DNA of 62,817 bases, counting the filler, from Octopus bimaculoides (Eukaryota), in assembly GCF_001194135.2 (NCBI RefSeq). It is 6 parts of 6 records of this genome, joined end to end, with 100 filler letters (N's around TTAATTAATTAA, not from the genome) between each part and the next. Parts side by side here need not be neighbours in the genome. Positions count along the whole stretch, not along the records: positions 55,006 to 59,482 come from NC_068982.1; positions 59,583 to 62,817 come from NC_069010.1; 4 more parts are not named here. One strand, 5' to 3'. How positions within the stretch are numbered: position 1 is the stretch's first letter; every line of letters begins with the position of its first letter. Of the stretch, positions 56,179-62,817 are shown one piece after another. Both the position numbers and the translations under genes were made by a program. Under the pieces are notes generated by a model. The model was given only the letters and a program-made list of their open reading frames with translations. It did no database searches and was not told the origin of the DNA.

Positions 56179-58718
56179 CTACTAAGAGTTTCTGCTCGAC
56201 GATATCTGTGTATACGTGAATGTGAGTGTATGCGTGTTACGTACATGTGAAGTGCTGTAGGAACCAAATTATCAGATATCTACCCTTGAGAATCCAAGAG
56301 AAGTGATAATTCATTTGTGATTCCAACGCTAAATGAACCACGCGCTGGTATGTCCCTCACCACCACGACCAGCATCAATACACCCTCTCTACCAGTATTG
56401 TTAGTTGATACAAAACTGTGCCCTTTCATCGTATGGTAAGTCAATTTGATGTCAATGTCATTAAACTTTTCATTTCCCGCCAGAGATATTGAATGCTTTG
56501 ACCGAATATAGGTGTTGTTGCTGTTGAAAAAGAGGAAGATATATTGATAAGCAATTGCTCAAATCTGTTAAACGGAAGTTTATATATGCTGGCTCTCAAC
56601 TGGTTGATATCAACCTTCTGTAGTATAACTGCGATTCAGAATTGCTAGACACGGATGACAAGTTCGATAACATTATGCTACAATGATTCAGTGGTAAGAT
56701 CCATAATGATAGAGGCTCACTGAATTCTTCGTCGCCATGTACTCTGGGTGTGTGCGTGTGTGTATGTGTGCGTGTGTGTGCACACACATACACACGTAGA
56801 TATATAAGCGTAGGCATATGTGTGTTTGTATGTGTGTATGCCTGTGTGCATGTGTATATATATATCAGAATGAATGCATTTAATACTCGTGTTTCTTGTA
56901 GTAATGTCAGACAATGCTTACATAATATTACTTCTTCAGTTAAACATTTCAAAATTAGAATGTTAAATAAAAATTTGCTATATATATGCAATTGTCGAAA
57001 CGATTCTTTTTTCTTTCTTTCTTTCTTTCTTTCATTCATTCTTTCTTTCTTTCTTTCTTCTTCTCTCCCTCCCTTCCTTCTTCTTCTTCTTCTTCGTTCT
57101 CTTCCTTCCTATTCCCTTCCATTCAGATTTATTGTCTATTTAATCTCATATTTATTTATCAATGAACTTATTTACTCTATTTTCACCTTCCTCTTCTTCT
57201 CATCTACCTCGCCCTTTTCCGTCTCCCTTACATGTATGTTCTTTCCCTCTATATCTCTCCCTTTCCCCTATCTATTCCCCCCACTTCCTCTCAGTTTAAA
57301 GGCGGGTTCACCAAGATCCTCACGGGAACTGCTATATATCGGGAAAAGTTTTGTTTAACATTTATATTTTGAAATGTTTGACTGAAGACGATGTATTATG
57401 TAAGAATTATCTTATAGAATAACCAGAAACATGTGTATTAAATGCATTCAAAATACCCAAAATATCAACATTAGTTACATAGAGAGAGATGGTGAATTGG
57501 TGAAAATATAGAAAACAAATATTTGTTCTGGCTCTTTATCTTCTGAGTTAAGAACTCGTCCAGATTAATTTTACCTTTCACCCTTGCGAAGCCGATAAAA
57601 CAATATATCACTGAAGGATTGTACACTGGCAGGATTGTTAGGGACTTAGACAAAATACATCACGGTATTTGTTCCGCCTCTTTACATTCTGAATCCTGAG
57701 GCAAGTGTGGTAAAATTATCAACACCTTAGCTATATTCATTATGGAAATGTTTCTTCTGGAGAACATTTTGTAACCACAGTCAAGCTCTTCTTAGAAGAC
57801 ATCAATAAAATGGCAGAGCAGAAATTTCTCTATAGGAAGTAAACAACAAAACTGAAAGTCGATACAAACTTTCAGGATTGTTTGCGTTGGAAAAACATTA
57901 TTGTATGCAAGCAATTGTAAAATATCTACTGGTTGTGTAACTTTATCAGTCATGCTTTTAGACTTGCCAGTAATATATTTTTTCTTGCATATCGATAATT
58001 TGTGAGCTAAACATATAATGATGCCCACATATACAAAATCATAGGAGAAAACAGTAGCTTTAAATTTAACGTACAATTTAAACTAACTACATCTCTCTCT
58101 CTCTCTCTACCTACCCACCTACCTACCCACTTAGCTAGCTATCTACCTNNNNNNNNNNNNNNNNNNNNNNNNNNNNNNNNNNNNNNNNNNNNNNNNNNNN
58201 NNNNNNNNNNNNNNNNNNNNNNNNNNNNNNNNNNNNNNNNNNNNNNNNNNNNNNNNNNNNNNNNNNNNNNNNNNNNNNNNNNNNNNNNNNNNNNNNNNNN
58301 NNNNNNNNNNNNNNNNNNNNNNNNNNNNNNNNNNNNNNNNNNNNNNNNNNNNNNNNNNNNNNNNNNNNNNNNNNNNNNNNNNNNNNNNNNNNNNNNNNNN
58401 NNNNNNNNNNNNNNNNNNNNNNNNNNNNNNNNNNNNNNNNNNNNNNNNNNNNNNNNNNNNNNNNNNNNNNNNNNNNNNNNNNNNNNNNNNNNNNNNNNNN
58501 NNNNNNNNNNNNNNNNNNNNNNNNNNNNNNNNNNNNNNNNNNNNNNNNNNNNNNNNNNNNNNNNNNNNNNNNNNNNNNNNNNNNNNNNNNNNNNNNNNNN
58601 NNNNNNNNNNNNNNNNNNNNNNNNNNNNNNNNNNNNNNNNNNNNNNNNTGTCTGTCTGTCTGTCCGTCTGTCCGTTCGTCCGTCCGTCTGTCTGTCTGGC
58701 TGTCTGACTGACTGTCTG

Positions 58719-58772
<54 letters not shown>

Positions 58773-59852
58773 ATTTCATGTAAACATACACCATGTATAT
58801 TACATGTATAACTTCACATACATCTGCTCTATATAACACTTCGTGTGTCTACGTGTATACCATCCCGTATATTTACAAGTAGTATGTACATGTATAATTT
58901 CACAACTTGAACTCAGACAAAAGAGCTGGAGCACAAAACAACAAATCCATTGAACACAGAGGATCCTATTTGGAAGTTTTGTACCTCTTTGAACTTCTGA
59001 AGAAAATTTCAAGACTTCTAGAAATGCACCTCGTAAAAGCGTAGTACCTGAAGTTTCAAGTGTAATTAACAAAATACATTTTAGGGTTAAACAGCATGCA
59101 TATATATAGCAAAAATTTATTCTCAACAGCCATCCCCAAGTCAGAAGTCTCAATTATGTTGAAGTAATTTGGCGAGCTATAAAGGTTAACAGAACCAAGA
59201 ATTGCAATTTAAATTAGCTGCTCCATTGATATCATAGCTGATACTGTGGACCCATGAGGCATTCTTTACGTCGTCAATAGACTTTTTAAAAATAGTAGCC
59301 ATTTTGTTTTCTCAAAGTACGCTTTATCATCTAAAATGAGCGAGATGCATAAATAATTATAGTCCTATATTTGTAATGTCTCTAGAGAAGGACGAGGTAG
59401 TCAACACTAGAACGTTTTCGATCGCAAGTAAGCTCAGCCAGGGTTCACCTGAGGTTAAATACCACCACCACCACCACCACCANNNNNNNNNNNNNNNNNN
59501 NNNNNNNNNNNNNNNNNNNNNNNNNNTTAATTAATTAANNNNNNNNNNNNNNNNNNNNNNNNNNNNNNNNNNNNNNNNNNNNTCTGGTGCTGAAGAGGAG
59601 ATAAGCACTCTAAAATGCAAGAATCAGAGAAACCTCTCTCTCTCTCTCTCTCTCCTCTCATCAGTGGCATGCAGAGGGGAGGCTGGTATGCATGGGCAAC
59701 TGGTGGTCTTCCATAAACAACCTTGCCCAGACTTGTGCTTCAAAGGGGAGTATCCTAGGTGCAATCCAACAGTCATTCATGACCAAAGGGGGTCCTCCAC
59801 CTCCTCCTCCTTCATTTATTTTTTTACTTATTTATTTATTTATTTATTTCAG

Positions 59853-59963
59853 GAACAGAAAACAGAACAATCTTCAGAAGACGAAGAGAGTGATGTGGAG
59901 CCTGACAGCGTGATGTTTGTGAAAAACCTGACCTTAGAAACCAAAGAGGATCACTTAAGGAAG
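59853..59963 (+). CDS. RBM19: RNA-binding protein 19 (MRD1 orthologue), internal exon: acidic linker plus start of penultimate RRM (EQKTEQSSEDEESDVEPDSVMFVKNLTLETKEDHLRK)
   Basis: tttcAG acceptor and AAG|GTAAGA donor; 111 bp, phase 0-0; RNP2-like VMFVKNL after an acidic linker, as recalled for RBM19 RRM5 (TLFIKNLNFDTTEEKL). Confidence 0.88.
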
Positions 59964-60034
59964 GTAAGACAATTGGCAGTTTTTACAACTGGCTACAGAC
60001 TACTTTATGCATTCTCCACATCGGGATCATGATG

Positions 60035-60827
60035 CTCCAGAGCTTAACAATTATTTCCAGGGCCTCAATGTAGACAGCAGAGTTAACTTTAAGGTCTTGT
60101 GGAAAGAAGTAAGGAGGCATCACATGTCCTTCATTGCTGATAACTCCTAAAACCATGACAGTTGCAGGAAATTTCGTATGCACAGCACTTGGAACTTCAG
60201 AAGGGTCTGCACATAACCATCAGTCATTTCTTCTGTTATCTTTTTGATCTTGATCAAGGTTTTTCTCATTTGAAAAAAAACCAAATCAAATCTTCTTCTG
60301 TTGGATTTCTCAGTTTGTTTTAAGAGCCCTTTTGATCTGATGTAGTGATTTTTTTTTGCTTTTTCTGACAAATTGACCTTTCCTCATCATATAAGACATA
60401 TCTGATGTCTTTGTGGACAACATTTCTGACTGTTCCTTCTGACACATGGAGATCTTTTGCAGTTGACCTCATGGACTTTCTGGGATTGTAATCAATGGTC
60501 TGTTGAACTTGTTGGATAACTTCAAGGTATTCTGATGATTTCAGAGTTTTTAGAATACTTTTTATACTTGGATACTGGTGATAAGTTTCCATCTTCAGTC
60601 TCTAGCTCCTTACAAACTTTGTAGACGAAAGATCTGGCATCTTTTAAAAATCGAGATATTTCTAAATCACTATGCTCAGCCTTTATAACTACAATAACAG
60701 CATGCCTCTTCATTTCTTGAGTAAGCTGAGGATCTGCCATTATTATTTTCTGAAACAAAGATTATACAGAGTTAGCAAAAAATGCAGCAATAACCCCAAA
60801 AGGTATGTCCTCACCTTACGCACCCTG
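60035..60827 (-). mobile_element. Decayed Tc1/mariner transposon, probably maT (DD37D)-like, 3'-truncated, antisense within an RBM19 intron
   Basis: TA-CAGGGTG terminus at 60827. Frameshifted transposase pieces: MADPQLTQEMKRHAVIV..ISRFLK, NPRKSMRSTAKDLHVSEGTVRNVVHKD, TKFPATVMVLGVISNEGHVMPPYFFPQDLKVNSAVYIEAL. Confidence 0.85.
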
Positions 60828-60962
60828 TAGATAAATATATATATTTATATACATTTTTATAATAAGGGTGAAAAATTGAATATTAATTTGATTAATATCA
60901 ATTTAAAACCAGTGGCCTAGCAAATTGAAAAAAATCTGAAGATTCAGAAAAATTATATTGCA

Positions 60963-61140
60963 TACATACAAGAGGGATGACCACTAAGTGGACATTCATT
61001 ATCCTAGAAGAAGACCACCTATGGTCTGACCACTAAGAAAAGATTGTTCTCAAGAACAATCTTTTCTTAGTGGTCAGACCATAGGTGGTATTCTTCTAGC
61101 AAAATGGATGTCCACTTAGTGTTCATCCCTCTTATATGTA
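60963..61140. repeat. Palindromic element (fold-back or MITE-like), ~88-bp arms, 2-nt loop
   Basis: cacctatggtctgaccactaagaaaagattgttct-CA-agaacaatcttttcttagtggtcagaccataggtg is a perfect inner stem; outer arms aagagggatgaccactaagtggacat / atgtccacttagtgttcatccctctt. Confidence 0.9.
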
Positions 61141-61179
61141 TGTATCTATACATGACATATATTTTGTTTATTATTGCAG

Positions 61180-61246
61180 GCATTTGAAAGCTGTGGGCCA
61201 ATAAGAAATGTGATTGTTGCACGTAAAAAAGACTTCAAAAACCAAG
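61180..61246 (+). CDS. RBM19: RBM19 internal exon (AFESCGPIRNVIVARKKDFKNQ-G)
   Basis: ttgcAG acceptor and G|GTGAGT donor; 67 bp, phase 0-1; joins both flanking exons in frame. Confidence 0.88.
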
Positions 61247-62195
61247 GTGAGTTTACACATACACACTTCCTCTCTCTTTTAGCATTATTTCATCTGCCTA
61301 CAGCCTGGCCTACAACAACACCTCTGTCTTTCTTTACTTCTTGATGAAGGATAACAGTCCAAAATGTCAAACTGTTCTATTTTTCACAAAAACCAAGCTT
61401 AGTGACAATCTGTGAACCTTCCTCTATAATTATCTGTCTATTTGTTTATCTGTCTGTTTGTCTGTCTAAATATACCTCAGTTTGTTTGACGGTGTCTCGC
61501 TCTAGTCTTTGTTTTGTAACAAATTGCATGGAGTACAATGTGACAGTCTAAACATTTTGTGCTTTTACTCCACTGACTGAACCTGAAACCAAGTGGTTGG
61601 GAAACAAGCTTCTTACCACACAACCATGCCTGTGCTTGATGATTTGTATGCAGTACAGCATGACAGTCTCTATATACTGTACTCTCTCTCTCCACTGTCC
61701 AATTTATTTCTGTACTTGTGTAATTACTGCACACTCTTATATGCAGTGATGAATTGCATGCAGTATAGAATGATAGTCTGAGTAAATTGTACCCTGTCTC
61801 CATTGTCCAGTATGTTTCTGTACTCCTTCAGAAACCCCACACTCCATCGTTCATTGATGAATTGTATGGGGTACAATATCACAGACTGGACCTACATGGC
61901 CCAAGGCAAGAATGGGAGATGCATGCCCAAGGTATCACAGTGGAATTGAACACAAAACTTCATTATCCAATATGTTTCTTTTTCCCTTAAGACAGTAAGG
62001 TACAGTTTGAGGAAGATATTGCTTCTATTTCTAGCAAACCAAATGACCAGAATTAAAAAATTAATAATAATAATAGTAATAATAACATACGCTTATATAC
62101 AGTGATGAATTGCATGCAATATAGAATGATAATCTGGGTTCCATGTACTTTGGTTTCATAGCGAGCTGTCTAACCACCTTTGATTTCAATTTCAG

Positions 62196-62331
62196 GACAA
62201 GCATTATCGATGGGTTATGGATTTGTGGAATTTAAGCGAAGTAAATCTGCTCAGAAAGCCATTAAAAAGTTACAACATATGGAACTGAATGGACATCAAA
62301 TAGAACTGAAAATATCCAATCGATTATCAAT
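62196..62331 (+). CDS. RBM19: RBM19 internal exon, RNP1 and end of RRM (QALSMGYGFVEFKRSKSAQKAIKKLQHMELNGHQIELKISNRLS)
   Basis: tttcAG acceptor and AT|GTAAGT donor; 136 bp, phase 1-2; closely resembles RBM19 RRM5 as recalled (LSMGFGFVEY..AQKALKQLQ..GHKLEVRISER). Confidence 0.92.
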
Positions 62332-62750
62332 GTAAGTGGAATCTGTCTTATTTTATTTTGTAGTCTTGTCTTGCAAGTTACTTGGTGACCCTTGGGTGCT
62401 GGTGCCACGTAAAATGCATCCGGTTCACACTGTAGTGATTGGCATTTGGAAGGGCATCCAGCTGTAAAGACCCTGCCAAAACAGACACAGTAGCCTGGGG
62501 TAGTCTTCTACCTGGCCTGCTCTTGTCAAACCATCCAACCCATGCATGCATGGAAGATGGATGTTAAATGATGATGCTGATGTGTCTGTGTTATGAAGCA
62601 TGACGAACCTTCCATTGAGTTTCTTTCTTACTGTAGGATCAGCTTCGGCATCTTCTACTGTAGCCCTGAAATGACCAAAGCATTGTGAATTGTGAGTAAA
62701 GTTGATAGACAGAAAATGAAAGGAGACTCATATGTATGTATATGCATGTA

Positions 62751-62785
<35 letters not shown>

Positions 62786-62817
62786 TATGTATATATATAT
62801 ATATATATATATATCCA

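Noticed and set aside
56290-56440. Open frame VIPTLNEPRAGMSLTTTTSINTPSLPVLLVDTKLCPFIV ending at a GTAAGT
   Set aside because: No recognisable homology, and the next acceptor gives a 48-nt intron and an immediate stop

Overview
Eukaryotic, AT-rich, gap-ridden draft genome sequence. It is inferred to be a coleoid cephalopod, probably Octopus, from recalled SINE and microsatellite content; this was not verified by search. The only gene I can identify confidently is RBM19/MRD1 (multi-RRM ribosome biogenesis factor). Three in-frame + strand exons (59853-59963, 61180-61246, 62196-62331) encode one complete RRM; its other exons are not visible here. The rest is intronic or intergenic: at least four tRNA-head or RTE-tail SINE families, decayed LINEs (CR1, RTE, R4/Dong-like), a Penelope-like GIY-YIG remnant, two Tc1/mariner relics, MITEs and many microsatellites. 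Five identical 100-bp artificial joins (44N-TTAATTAATTAA-44N) mean long-range order is not guaranteed. Nearly all ORFs in the supplied track are microsatellite or N-gap artefacts. There is no CRISPR, operon or prokaryotic-type system, and I cannot support a claim of a new biological system. The best leads are two near-perfect ~85-bp hairpins (one just upstream of an RBM19 splice acceptor), a fold-back mariner derivative with two 5' ends, nested SINE junctions, and a few unassigned candidate exons.
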